Below are positions 39,767 through 49,072 of a stretch of 64,000 nt of DNA, one piece after another. The DNA comes from Candidatus Omnitrophota bacterium (GTDB taxonomy: Bacteria; Omnitrophota; Gorgyraeia; Zapsychrales; Fredricksoniimonadaceae). Every line of letters begins with the position of its first letter. Within the stretch, counting starts at the first letter, position 1. The notes under the pieces are model-generated. The model did no database searches. It was not told the DNA's origin and was given only the letters and a program-made list of their open reading frames with translations. Both the position numbers and the translations under genes were made by a program. The stretch spans positions 136,492 through 200,491 of the forward strand of contig JADFXH010000004.1 of NCBI GenBank assembly GCA_015233675.1, written 5' to 3'.

Positions 39767-40099
39767 CTATTTATTGCCGCTAACCTCTTTATCAGCTATG
39801 GCACTGTATTTTTCAGGATTCTTTTTAAAATCCTTTATACACATGGGACAGCAAAGACTGTAAATTTTTCCTTTATACATAATTTTAACCGGTCCTCCCA
39901 TTGCCCCTTTCTCACCAGGAGCAAGAACTTTCTCGCCACTTACAGGACAAATTTTATTCCCTGTCTCTACTGCGTTGGATGTCTGTACGATTGAAGTTAC
40001 TACTTGAACATCTTCTGTCTTTTGCGCTTCTTGGGCTAAAACGAAACCGCTGGATAAACTTAAAACAGCTAATGCTAAAATTAACGATTTAGTATTCAT
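39767..40099 (-). CDS. Secreted YHS/TRASH-like metal-binding protein (paralog of 31927..32217)
   Basis: Signal peptide MNTKSLILALAVLSLSSGFVLAQEA. GNKICPVSGEKV...YKGKIYSLCCPMCIKDFKKNPEKY. Confidence 0.7.
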   Translation of the reverse strand: MNTKSLILALAVLSLSSGFVLAQEAQKTEDVQVVTSIVQTSNAVETGNKICPVSGEKVLAPGEKGAMGGPVKIMYKGKIYSLCCPMCIKDFKKNPEKYSAIADKEVSGNK

Positions 40100-40232
40100 T
40101 GCATTTTCCCCAATTGCATAATGGTTAAACTAATAAAATGCATATCCTATAATAACAAGACACATGAAGGGCATCAAGGATGAACAAAAAGATTAAATAC
40201 AAACAGAATGTTGCCGGATATAAAAAGGGACT

Positions 40233-40721
40233 TCAGAAGAGCTGCCTAATGGAGGCCCCAAATAAACAAAATAAACCGAAGTTCGCAATGCAGATTTTGT
40301 GGCTTAACCAACTTTCAATTCTTTTTTTAATCTCTTCCCTTATGGCCCTGGTCTTGATAACCTTATCTTCCCAAGCCCCTTCAAACTTTGAGGGGTCAGT
40401 AAAACTCCAGTGAAACCGCTTGGCAATTCCTGGGAATATCGGACAACGCTCTGCACTGGTTTCATCACACACCGTAATAACATAGTTATAAAGTTTACCG
40501 CTCTTGACGCAATCAAGGACCGACCGTGTCTGTTTATGGGAAACATCAATCCCTATTTCCTTTAGGACCTCAATCACGACTGGATTCAACTTCCCTGGCT
40601 CAATCCCGGCACTTTCGGACTCAAACCTATCACCAGCCAATTTCCGCAACAATTCCTCTGCCATCTGACTACGTGCTGAATTATGAATACAAACAAACAG
40701 AACTTTTTCCTTTGCCATCAA
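40233..40721 (-). CDS. arsC: Arsenate reductase, LMW-PTPase (thioredoxin-coupled) type
   Basis: KVLFVCIHNSARSQMAEELL P-loop and downstream Cys residues (VCDETSAERCP). The ORF carries ~25 extra hydrophobic C-terminal residues of doubtful significance. Confidence 0.9.
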   Translation of the reverse strand: MMAKEKVLFVCIHNSARSQMAEELLRKLAGDRFESESAGIEPGKLNPVVIEVLKEIGIDVSHKQTRSVLDCVKSGKLYNYVITVCDETSAERCPIFPGIAKRFHWSFTDPSKFEGAWEDKVIKTRAIREEIKKRIESWLSHKICIANFGLFCLFGASIRQLF

Positions 40722-40733
40722 TCACCACCCTTA

Positions 40734-41777
40734 TTAACAACACTGTCTAATGAACCACGTATTCTTCTCTAAAAACTTGGCCACATTGACCAAGCCGATC
40801 ATAACAGGAACTTCGATTAGCGGACCAATGACCGCGGCAAATGCCACCCCCGAATTGATACCAAAGACGGCCACAGCAACAGCAATAGCTAATTCGAAAT
40901 TATTGCTCGCTGCTGTAAACGAAAGCGTAACTGTTTTACCGTAATCAGCTCCCATTTTTCGACTTATATAAAACGAAACGATGAACATGATCACAAAATA
41001 TATCAGAAGCGGAATCGCAATCCGGACAACATCCAAAGGAATCTTTACAATATATTCACCTTTAAGGGAAAACATAACGAAGATCGTAAAAAGAAGAGCG
41101 ATAAGCGTAATGGGACTAATACGAGGGATGAAAACCTTCTCATACCATTCTCTTCCCCTTAGACGCAATAGGACAAGCCTAGAAATCATCCCCGCTAGAA
41201 AAGGAATGCCTAAATAAATAAAAACACTTTTAGCTATCTGAGCAATCGTAACATTCACAACAACACCTTTGAGGCCAAACCAATCGGGCAAAATTGTAAT
41301 AAAAACCCACGCATACACAGAAAAAAACAATACCTGAAAAATGGCGTTAAAAGCTACCAGACCTGCACAATACTCGGCATCCCCATCAGCTAGATCGTTC
41401 CAAACAATGACCATAGCAATACACCGGGCCAATCCTATCAAGATCAATCCGATCATATATTCCGGAAATCCTCTTAAGAATACGATGCCCAAAGCAAACA
41501 TTAATATGGGCCCGATGATCCAATTCTGAACAAGAGATAGTGTCAAAATTTTATAATCCTTAAAAACATCCCCCAGTTCTTCATATTTCACCTTCGCCAA
41601 GGGGGGATACATCATAAGAATTAAACCAAAAGCTATCGGCACATTGGTTGTACCTGACCGGAACTGATTCCAGAATCCCACGATCCCCGGAAAGAAAAAC
41701 CCAGTACCAACGCCTACAATCATTGCGAGAAATATCCATACTGTTAAATATCGGTCTAAGAAAGCAAGTTTCTTCAT
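40734..41777 (-). CDS. acr3: ACR3-family arsenite efflux permease
   Basis: [30 protein letters not shown]... 347 aa and about 10 TM helices. Confidence 0.95.
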   Translation of the reverse strand: MKKLAFLDRYLTVWIFLAMIVGVGTGFFFPGIVGFWNQFRSGTTNVPIAFGLILMMYPPLAKVKYEELGDVFKDYKILTLSLVQNWIIGPILMFALGIVFLRGFPEYMIGLILIGLARCIAMVIVWNDLADGDAEYCAGLVAFNAIFQVLFFSVYAWVFITILPDWFGLKGVVVNVTIAQIAKSVFIYLGIPFLAGMISRLVLLRLRGREWYEKVFIPRISPITLIALLFTIFVMFSLKGEYIVKIPLDVVRIAIPLLIYFVIMFIVSFYISRKMGADYGKTVTLSFTAASNNFELAIAVAVAVFGINSGVAFAAVIGPLIEVPVMIGLVNVAKFLEKNTWFIRQCC

Positions 41778-42082
41778 TTATTTATTCCTTTTGTTTGAAT
41801 ACGGCAACACCCACCTTCTATTTTTATAGCTTTAATATTCACAAGCCCATCAGCAACTTTCTCATGTGCTATAGAGAGTATTCTGGTAAAAGTAGGCCGT
41901 GAAACTTTCATCAGCTTAGCAGCCTGTGCATGGGTCAATCCCTCTAAATCTGCTAATCTTATAGCTTCAAACTCATCAATCGTTAACCCTATAATATCCC
42001 CTTCTCCCAGTTTCTTAAACTTGGGACGGAAACACCTCTCTCCCGGCAAACACCTTATCCATCTTGTTTTTTTAGGCCTCAT
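41774..42082 (-). CDS. DUF134 (UPF0251) DNA-binding protein, first gene of the ars operon
   Basis: [59 protein letters not shown], then a vicinal Cys pair (GGCCRIQ). Overlaps the acr3 start by 4 nt. Confidence 0.8.
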   Translation of the reverse strand: MRPKKTRWIRCLPGERCFRPKFKKLGEGDIIGLTIDEFEAIRLADLEGLTHAQAAKLMKVSRPTFTRILSIAHEKVADGLVNIKAIKIEGGCCRIQTKGINK

Positions 42083-42094
42083 TACATAAACCCC

Positions 42095-42116
42095 ATTATG
42101 AACTATGGTTCATAAT
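42095..42116. promoter_or_regulatory. Perfect 9-bp inverted repeat (ATTATGAAC-TATG-GTTCATAAT); candidate operator of the ars operon
   Basis: Read directly. It lies 13 bp upstream of the DUF134 start codon. Confidence 0.5.
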
Positions 42117-42188
42117 ACCAATAAATATTCTTTTGTCAACATTCCCTACGAGCCAAATCGAACAGGAGGTGAGGTTGCCCTCACCGTT

Positions 42189-42337
42189 GGGTGAGCGCAG
42201 TATTAAGGGATAGTCCGATCTAATCTGCCTTTGGACTATCGTTTTCTGTCCTATTTGTCCAGTCGACAAGGAATCAATTTTCCGATAACTCCTTGAAACT
42301 TCGATGGATGTAAAATGTCCACCCTCTAAAGGCGGCC
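42189..42337. repeat. Copy 1 of a ~145-bp repeat (copy 2 at 48934-49072)
   Basis: Shared blocks: GGGTGASCGCAGTATYAAGGGATA, TTTTCTGTCCTATTTGTCCAGTCGACAA, ATAACTCYTTGAAAC, GATGGATGTAAAATGTCCACCCT.TAAAGG. Confidence 0.85.
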
Positions 42338-42340
42338 ATT

Positions 42341-42619
42341 TTATAAAGATCGCAAAAATCTTTTAACATCCTCGTGATCACCAGCCAAAACAAACTCAAC
42401 CAAATCCTTTTACCATCTAAAAAGAATTCTAACTCTTAAGCCTTTTCGCACTTCCCAATAAGGACCATGCAAACGCTTTAAACCAAGCCCCTCATGAAGA
42501 GGCCGGTCTATGGAGAGTATTTCTATCAAATCAGCAACAACTCCCTTAATTTCTTCTTTATCCTTGGAAGTTAAGGCTTTGATAGAACGTTCAAAGCTGG
42601 ATTTGAATTCAATCTTCAT
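42341..42619 (-). pseudogene. RelE/ParE-superfamily toxin gene interrupted by an in-frame TAA after codon 69
   Basis: The ORF ends ..GLRVRILFRW-TAA. The same frame continues KDLVEFVLAGDHEDVKRFLRSL-TAA, which is the expected conserved toxin C-terminus. Overlaps the antitoxin stop by 4 nt. Confidence 0.6.
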
Positions 42620-42879
42620 AAAGATTTAAGATAATCTTTAGCACCCTTTGCCGATGTAAAAGTTTTGCCTTTTTCAGCAGCCAACTTCTCTATCTTTTGC
42701 CATTCCTGTGGGGTGTACGGAGACTTGACTGTTACTTGGCAGGGGACAAGCACAACACCTTCTTTCGTTATGCTAAAACCTACTGATTCACCTTCTTTCA
42801 AACGCAACATTTTACGAATGCGGTTAGGGATAGTTACTTGCCCTTTACTGGTAATCTTGGCTGTTTCGAGAATGGTCAT
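42616..42879 (-). CDS. AbrB/MazE/SpoVT-type antitoxin
   Basis: SKGQVTIPNRIRKMLRLKEGESV looped-hinge-helix motif; 87 aa. Confidence 0.8.
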   Translation of the reverse strand: MTILETAKITSKGQVTIPNRIRKMLRLKEGESVGFSITKEGVVLVPCQVTVKSPYTPQEWQKIEKLAAEKGKTFTSAKGAKDYLKSL

Positions 42880-42932
42880 ATTCCTTACTTCCTTACTTTA
42901 TTACTTAAAGTATACCATTTTAAAGCAACACG

Positions 42933-43367
42933 TCAATCAACTTGAGAGTAAATAAATTCATCGATTTCACTATCAAATCTTCCCCAATCTGGCCTCGATT
43001 GCTGACTTTCCCTCTTCAATTCTGCTTTCAAAGAATCAAGAATGAAGCCATCTATCCTCTTCCAAATATACGAAGCAAACCGGACAGGCTTAAAATTCCC
43101 CTCCTTATCACGGTATCTCAAATTATACGTTTTAATTTTTTCATATAGAATAAACGTGGCATCGGATAGAATCTCTTCACCAAAGCGTTCGACATACAGC
43201 GGAAAAGTCTTCTTATAGATCCTAAAGATAACAAATTTAGTATGACGAAGGATCAGCTCTTCGATTTCTTTCTTGGAACCCTTTTTTGCTTTGGCTATGA
43301 GGCGTCTTTCTTCAAGAAGAGAAATTCGAGGGTATTTGGGTAAGGAATGAAGATAATCTATTAACAC
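42933..43367 (-). CDS. Sigma-70 region-1.2/2-only protein (144 aa), copy 1
   Basis: LLEERRLIAKAKKGSKKEIEELILRHTKFVIFRIYKK...VRFASYIWKRIDGFILDSLK resembles sigma regions 1.2-2. No region 4. The start codon is uncertain (GTG in the ORF track, no clear SD). Confidence 0.65.
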   Translation of the reverse strand: MLIDYLHSLPKYPRISLLEERRLIAKAKKGSKKEIEELILRHTKFVIFRIYKKTFPLYVERFGEEILSDATFILYEKIKTYNLRYRDKEGNFKPVRFASYIWKRIDGFILDSLKAELKRESQQSRPDWGRFDSEIDEFIYSQVD

Positions 43368-43387
43368 TTTTAGAAGGATTCAATCGT

Positions 43388-44527
43388 TTATAAATCCTTC
43401 AATAAATAACTTGTACTACGCCCACCAGCATCGTCCTTGATCAGGATCTTCTTTTCGATCAATTCAAGAATATCCCGCAATGCAGTATCATGAGAACATT
43501 TGGCGATCTTGGCCCATTTTGAAGATGTAAGCTTCCCTTCAAAACCTTCAAACAACTTATTAATCACCATTATCTGGCGCTTATTAAAAGAGCCTTCAGG
43601 ATAAGTTTCCCAAAAACGTGCTTTCTTAAAAACTCCTGCCAATGTCTTTTCAGTCGTATCTATGGCCCTATCCAGACAGGCTAAAAACCACTTAATCCAG
43701 ATAGTTATATCCATGTCCTCATTCTTTTGAATTTTTTCAAGCACGTCATAATAGGCATTCCTTTCCTGACGTATCTGAACAGACATGCTATAAAAACGTT
43801 GTGCGCTGCCATCGGCACGTGCAAGTTGCATATCCGTGATGGCCCGCGCAATACGCCCGTTACCATCATCAAAAGGGTGAATTGTCACAAACCACAAATG
43901 AGCAATGGCCGCTTTAAGCACAAGATCAATCCCAGCGTCTTGATTAAACCAAGCCATGAAATTCTTCATCTCATTATTAAGACGTGATGCTTGAGGGGCT
44001 TCAAAATGAACTTTTTGACGTCCTATTGGCCCGGAAATAACTTGCATAGGGCCATGTTTATCATCACGCCAGCTGCCGACAACGATTTTTTGCATACCGC
44101 TTCGACCAGTTGGAAAAAGACTCGCATGCCAACCGAATAAACGATCTTTGGTCAAAGATTTCTTAAATTTCTGTGTCGCATCCAACATCATCTCAACCAC
44201 CCCATCGACATTACGATCAGAAGAAACAAGCCCAGCAATGTCCATCCCCAATTTTCTAGCGATAGATGAGCGCACCTGAGCAGGATTAAGAATTTCTCCT
44301 TCAATCTCGCTACTCTTTAAAACATCAAGAGTAAGTGTTTGTAGGATAGCTTCCGAACGCAAAGGAAATCCTAAGGATTCCATGCGACCGATCAGCCGCC
44401 CCTGCCGATTGCGCACCTCTCCCAGCAAAGACATGATCTGTTGATCATCCCAAATGAACTTTGGCCAATTATTTAATTGATGTATATAATGCATTATTCT
44501 ACGCACTCCTTGCGTAGAATATACCAC
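43388..44527 (-). CDS. Fic-family protein (N-terminal Fic_N-like region, C-terminal winged-helix-like region)
   Basis: Active site HPFDDGNGRIARA and inhibitory-helix motif SSEIEG. Confidence 0.9.
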   Translation of the reverse strand: MVYSTQGVRRIMHYIHQLNNWPKFIWDDQQIMSLLGEVRNRQGRLIGRMESLGFPLRSEAILQTLTLDVLKSSEIEGEILNPAQVRSSIARKLGMDIAGLVSSDRNVDGVVEMMLDATQKFKKSLTKDRLFGWHASLFPTGRSGMQKIVVGSWRDDKHGPMQVISGPIGRQKVHFEAPQASRLNNEMKNFMAWFNQDAGIDLVLKAAIAHLWFVTIHPFDDGNGRIARAITDMQLARADGSAQRFYSMSVQIRQERNAYYDVLEKIQKNEDMDITIWIKWFLACLDRAIDTTEKTLAGVFKKARFWETYPEGSFNKRQIMVINKLFEGFEGKLTSSKWAKIAKCSHDTALRDILELIEKKILIKDDAGGRSTSYLLKDL

Positions 44528-44779
44528 TCATTCACCGCATACGCAAGAACTGATCTCGGGAAATACTTTCGACTTTAGGTTCGAACCCCCCAGAGGTTCA
44601 AGCCCTTCACAATCGGTTAGAACTTCTTCAAATGGCTGGAAAATCAATCACTTGGGAAGATTTATACAACAAAAATAGAAAATGGGGTCGCTGGCGGGGG
44701 AGGGTCAGAACCTGTTTAATGGCCTCAACTGCCCCCCTGACATGATGAACTAAAGGTCAGCAACGACAGGAATACCCGT

Positions 44780-47700
44780 TTAACTTGCTGTTAAAGAGTT
44801 TTCTTGAACTTTTAACCCAAGGAATTGCTTTAAGTTCGTCATCGGCCGGATATTGATAATCACCGGCACAACGCCTGAAAAATCACCAGACCTAAACTGC
44901 TCGAGTATGGCCGGGCCAAACTTCATCTCAATGGCCTGCCCATCCCGGAAAACATCCAAGCCCATGTTGCGGGCATTCATGTCAATACCACCCCGTGTCT
45001 TAGAGATCATAGCTTCATCGTATTCAGAACGGCTTTGTGGAAGTGCCCGTAAAGGCGAGTGAGTTGGAGCTTGGGACGGAGCCAACAAAGAATGACGGGA
45101 GCCATCTTGATAACGGCTTAAAACTGCCTTAAGTTTATCGAAATCAAAATCGCAATATTTTTTTTGACTCAACCGTTGCATTTCGGGCATAGTGCGAATC
45201 GAATGAATTCTAAGCTCGCTTTCATCAGAAATATAAAATTCAAAACCCATAGGGCTCTCGGATATGCCTCCATCAGGGCCATTATCATCATAAACTATAT
45301 GGAGCGTCTCCACCGCGTGCGGCACGAGTCCCAGCATTGGATTTGCATCGAGATACCCATACAAATTAAACGCAACACGTTTTTGGTACCACTCGCTATC
45401 ATTAGGTTCAATGCCCATAAAAAGCTCGAAACTATCGTATCCACGTGCGTGTGCGCGAGGACTTCGATCTTTAAAAATAGCTTCCAACTCGTTGTGAACA
45501 TTTAAAATATCCTCATGGAATTTATGAACTTTATCAACAATCCCATCGAGGGACTCCTGATCCAAATTGGCAAATTCTTTTTGCATGTTTGCGACAAACC
45601 TTGCAGTTCTATCCGCATTCCATTTGATTTTTCCCAATTCCTGGAAGACATACGCCAAAACATCCGTATAAAGAGGATCATGTGCCCCTAACACCTCGGT
45701 GTGCAGTCTTCCATTTTCCTCCAATATCCCGAAACGATTAAGAATCAAACGGGTCCCATCTTTCCTGTTGACTCGCAGAACATCCTTTTGCGGTAAATAA
45801 GCAACTGATTCCGGAAAAATGTCCCCTGATTCAGCGGATGAATAGATGATAGCTCCGGATGCATTGAGAATCAGGCACCTCTGGTGATAGGGATCATTCA
45901 CTAAGGCAAACTGATAAAGCGTGGGAGCTTCTCCATATTTTTGTTTCCGGCCAAAACCAGTAATATCTGCGGTGGCTGCGTATTGTTTCAAGACCAAAAA
46001 AAGATCCCTGCGCATGGTTTCTTCCTCATTTCTTCCCTGTTTCGATACCCCACCACCTAATTTACCGGGAATCAGACTTCTAATCACTGTTTCTCCGTTC
46101 AAGCTAAAAGTCCTCAAGACATTGTCACGCATTTGAGAAATTCGTCCATTCTTTTTATCATACTGAATTTCGTCACCGGGCCGCCAGCCAAACAAATCTT
46201 CATTTGTAGATTTATCTTTTTTTAGTATTAATTTAATGGAATATTGTACAAGCGTGTCTGATGGCACCTCTGTTTTCATTTGGTCATCCCATTTATAGCT
46301 CCTGAGATAGCTTAATTTAAACTCAATTACGAATTTATTTTCTCCCTTCTGATTGGATGAAATAAAACGCCGCTCCTCGGTTCGAATAGGAATGCCGGGG
46401 CCACCTCGGCCATTAGGTTTATATTGAGCACTGAACCCAGGCAAAAAAACATCATATTCGCTAAAACCACCTAATCTTTCTTGATCCCGAATTATTTTTT
46501 CTTTAAATTTATTTTCTTTAAGCCATGTCTCAAATTCCGATATGGACTTTAATACCGCATCTACATTCAAATCGTGCAAATCATTCGTCTCATGTGTCCG
46601 GACAAAAAAATCCCCGTCTTCCGGTCCTTTGGGGCCCTTGGCTTCTCTATTAAAATCATTGTGCAAATCAGATTCCCCTTCTTCAACGAAGTTTGTCGTT
46701 CCTTCATTCTTCAGCGGGCGTTTTTGAGGGCCTACCATCTTTTTGGCTTGAACGATGAAATGTCCAAAAACATGCAAATCTTCGGATGAATCTTTAAGCA
46801 TTCCCAGGGCAGTGTCCGCCACATGCGCATAGCCATATTCCAAACTCTGGGAAGGAATATAATTCTGATAGTGTTGGATGCCCACCCTCATCCGGGTAAA
46901 GTTTCGTCTTGCCTGTTCATCATTACCCAAAACGGTCTTTTTTAATTCAATAATGTCAGCTAATTGGGGCTCATCCGGTAAAGCCGCAAGAGATTCCAAA
47001 ATATTCAGGATTGTTTTCCTGGCTTCAAGTAATTGAGCAGCGCCTTCATTAGCACTAGTTAACAGAGACTGAATAAAATTGATTACCGACTTTACGTTGT
47101 CAGGAATAATTTGGCCAATGGTGTCTTTGTCGATACTCCCAAAAGTGTCGATCAGATTGATATTCTTGGCAGCCATTTCCTTAATTTGCGCGCTTAATCC
47201 ACCATAATAATCAAAGTGGTCACGAATGTACTCAACCGCAAGTAAAAAAGGAGCTCCTTTCTTGATTCGAGGAGCCAACCTTTGATTATTATAAAATGAC
47301 AGGGAAGAGCGAAACAGTTTAACAAGTTGATGCGCTTCTGAAGCTCCTTTTTTTCCCGCTTCTTCTAATTGAGCCAAAATTTTATCCTGATCCAGAGAAG
47401 GTGTTTGCAAAAAGCGGTTGATTTCAATGACAAGGACTGCCATTTCCTCAGCCAACTGTTTGTATTCGTTGGGCACAACGGATAAAGGAATCTTCACTTC
47501 TTCACGTATACGCTGGCCTTCTGTATAAAGACTTCCCAGAACATTGCCATCCATTATCATTGCCGAGTCTAGTTTCTCGGTCGTATCGTAACGCTGAATA
47601 TTTGCCGAGACCATGGCCATATCACCATCAGTAGACATCGCCAAATCCTCGCCAGGCTCTAATTTTGATTCCCGCTTAATAAGTTCACTTGGTTTTCGAT

Positions 47701-48736
47701 CCCATACCTTCCATCCTCCTGAAAAATATTTTCGTGGAATCAGCCGCTTGCTTCCCTCATCGATGTCTTCCTTGATGTAATTAAAAACCCCTTTCTTGTA
47801 AGCTTTTAAATACTGCTCATAAATCTTTTCTTTAACTGCCGGGTCATTAGATAACACACCGCCTGTCTTTCCTTTATTACTATAAACCTGATTAAGTAAA
47901 GCATCCTTCAAGGCCAACTTATACCACGATGCTAAAATCATTGAATAAAACATCTGCCGTAACAGAGCAAAATTCTCACCTTGATTGACCTCTTTTTCAA
48001 GCTCGGGAATAATGATTTCGCGCACAACCTGGGAAGCCATCGCATGTTCCTTGTTTACATCGTTACGGAGCTGACCTATAGCCAAATGTTTTTCCAGCGA
48101 TAAATAATCCTCTTCCAGCATGACCTTTAAATGTGAGCCTACCACATAACCGACATTATTGCGTTCTAAAACCTTGGCCTTATCTGCCACGATCCATACC
48201 TTATTAAACGTATTTACCGGAATATTCGTCACCCCATACATCTCACGAGCTTTTGTATACACATTGTCCCAAAACTTCTTGCCTAATTCTTTTTCAGGAT
48301 AAATAAGAGATGCGGTCAATTGCTTGAGGATGTAATCCTGCGCTAACATGTCCCGGCCCATTTCGGTTTGTCCCAACTCTTGCGGGATCATGCGGTCTTT
48401 CTCATAAGGACTTAAGTTAACCCAAAGATCGTCTTCTTTGATCGTCAATGCGGCTAAAAAATACTTGATCAACTTTTGGGATTCTGCCTTAAACTCAGTA
48501 GAGTTAATCCTAAAGCCTGACTTGCCTGTATCCAAAATAAAATCAAATAAAAGAGGGTTGTCGGGGTGGACCTTCAGGCCTTTCATCATGACAGGTGCGT
48601 AAGCCGCAGAGACATTGACCAAGCTCCCGGGCGCAGGCAAACGAAAGCCTTGAGCTTGGGCCAAAGGCATAGGCCCAAAGGTATTAATTAAGAATGCTAC
48701 TAGGATCAATATGTGAATTAATGGGATTCGGCTCAT
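44780..48736 (-). CDS. Large (1,318 aa) exported modular protein, paralog of 17625..24527 in its N-module and C-tail only
   Basis: Signal peptide MSRIPLIHILILVAFLINTFGPMPLAQA. The N-module is alignable block by block (KGLKVHPDNP.FDFILD, LIKYFLA.LTI.E.DLWVNLSPYEK.R, TEMGRD.LA.DY.LKQ.TASL.YPE, IPVNTFNKVW, PRKYFSGG). The C-tail is RGGIDMN...VVPVIINIRPMTNLKQFLGL. Confidence 0.9.
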   Translation of the reverse strand: MSRIPLIHILILVAFLINTFGPMPLAQAQGFRLPAPGSLVNVSAAYAPVMMKGLKVHPDNPLLFDFILDTGKSGFRINSTEFKAESQKLIKYFLAALTIKEDDLWVNLSPYEKDRMIPQELGQTEMGRDMLAQDYILKQLTASLIYPEKELGKKFWDNVYTKAREMYGVTNIPVNTFNKVWIVADKAKVLERNNVGYVVGSHLKVMLEEDYLSLEKHLAIGQLRNDVNKEHAMASQVVREIIIPELEKEVNQGENFALLRQMFYSMILASWYKLALKDALLNQVYSNKGKTGGVLSNDPAVKEKIYEQYLKAYKKGVFNYIKEDIDEGSKRLIPRKYFSGGWKVWDRKPSELIKRESKLEPGEDLAMSTDGDMAMVSANIQRYDTTEKLDSAMIMDGNVLGSLYTEGQRIREEVKIPLSVVPNEYKQLAEEMAVLVIEINRFLQTPSLDQDKILAQLEEAGKKGASEAHQLVKLFRSSLSFYNNQRLAPRIKKGAPFLLAVEYIRDHFDYYGGLSAQIKEMAAKNINLIDTFGSIDKDTIGQIIPDNVKSVINFIQSLLTSANEGAAQLLEARKTILNILESLAALPDEPQLADIIELKKTVLGNDEQARRNFTRMRVGIQHYQNYIPSQSLEYGYAHVADTALGMLKDSSEDLHVFGHFIVQAKKMVGPQKRPLKNEGTTNFVEEGESDLHNDFNREAKGPKGPEDGDFFVRTHETNDLHDLNVDAVLKSISEFETWLKENKFKEKIIRDQERLGGFSEYDVFLPGFSAQYKPNGRGGPGIPIRTEERRFISSNQKGENKFVIEFKLSYLRSYKWDDQMKTEVPSDTLVQYSIKLILKKDKSTNEDLFGWRPGDEIQYDKKNGRISQMRDNVLRTFSLNGETVIRSLIPGKLGGGVSKQGRNEEETMRRDLFLVLKQYAATADITGFGRKQKYGEAPTLYQFALVNDPYHQRCLILNASGAIIYSSAESGDIFPESVAYLPQKDVLRVNRKDGTRLILNRFGILEENGRLHTEVLGAHDPLYTDVLAYVFQELGKIKWNADRTARFVANMQKEFANLDQESLDGIVDKVHKFHEDILNVHNELEAIFKDRSPRAHARGYDSFELFMGIEPNDSEWYQKRVAFNLYGYLDANPMLGLVPHAVETLHIVYDDNGPDGGISESPMGFEFYISDESELRIHSIRTMPEMQRLSQKKYCDFDFDKLKAVLSRYQDGSRHSLLAPSQAPTHSPLRALPQSRSEYDEAMISKTRGGIDMNARNMGLDVFRDGQAIEMKFGPAILEQFRSGDFSGVVPVIINIRPMTNLKQFLGLKVQENSLTAS

Positions 48737-48933
48737 ATTATTTAAAATACCTATATTAAAGTATCAATAGTTCTTCACTCCCTATAAGTATACAATATTT
48801 ATATCGACAAAAGCCATCAAGGAAGAAATTAAATGAGCACTTTAATCAGAAGTTTAAAGTCCCGTCAAGAGTAAACGGGAGGATTTGTAACCTGCATCTT
48901 TACAAATAGTTACGATAAGAAAAAATTTGGGGC

Positions 48934-49072
48934 GGGTGACCGCAGTATCAAGGGATAAACCTATCTTTCCCCACCATTTTCTGTCCTATTTGTCCAGTCG
49001 ACAAAAGGCTAAAATTTCAATAACTCTTTGAAACATTGATGGATGTAAAATGTCCACCCTTTAAAGGTGGAC
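48934..49072. repeat. Copy 2 of the ~145-bp repeat (copy 1 at 42189-42337); it overlaps the 3' end of sigma-like gene copy 2
   Basis: See copy 1. It ends in the hairpin GTCCACC-CTTTAAA-GGTGGAC, which contains the stop codon of 49061..49489. Confidence 0.85.

Noticed and set aside
40233-40310. ArsC C-terminal ~25-aa hydrophobic extension as a membrane anchor
   Set aside because: It is more simply explained by a late stop codon. It has no supporting motif and could not be evaluated without homologues.
44555-44600. tRNA-like GGTTCGAACC / GGTTCAAGCC strings
   Set aside because: No acceptor, anticodon or D arms can be drawn around them. GGTTCGAACC is merely self-palindromic.
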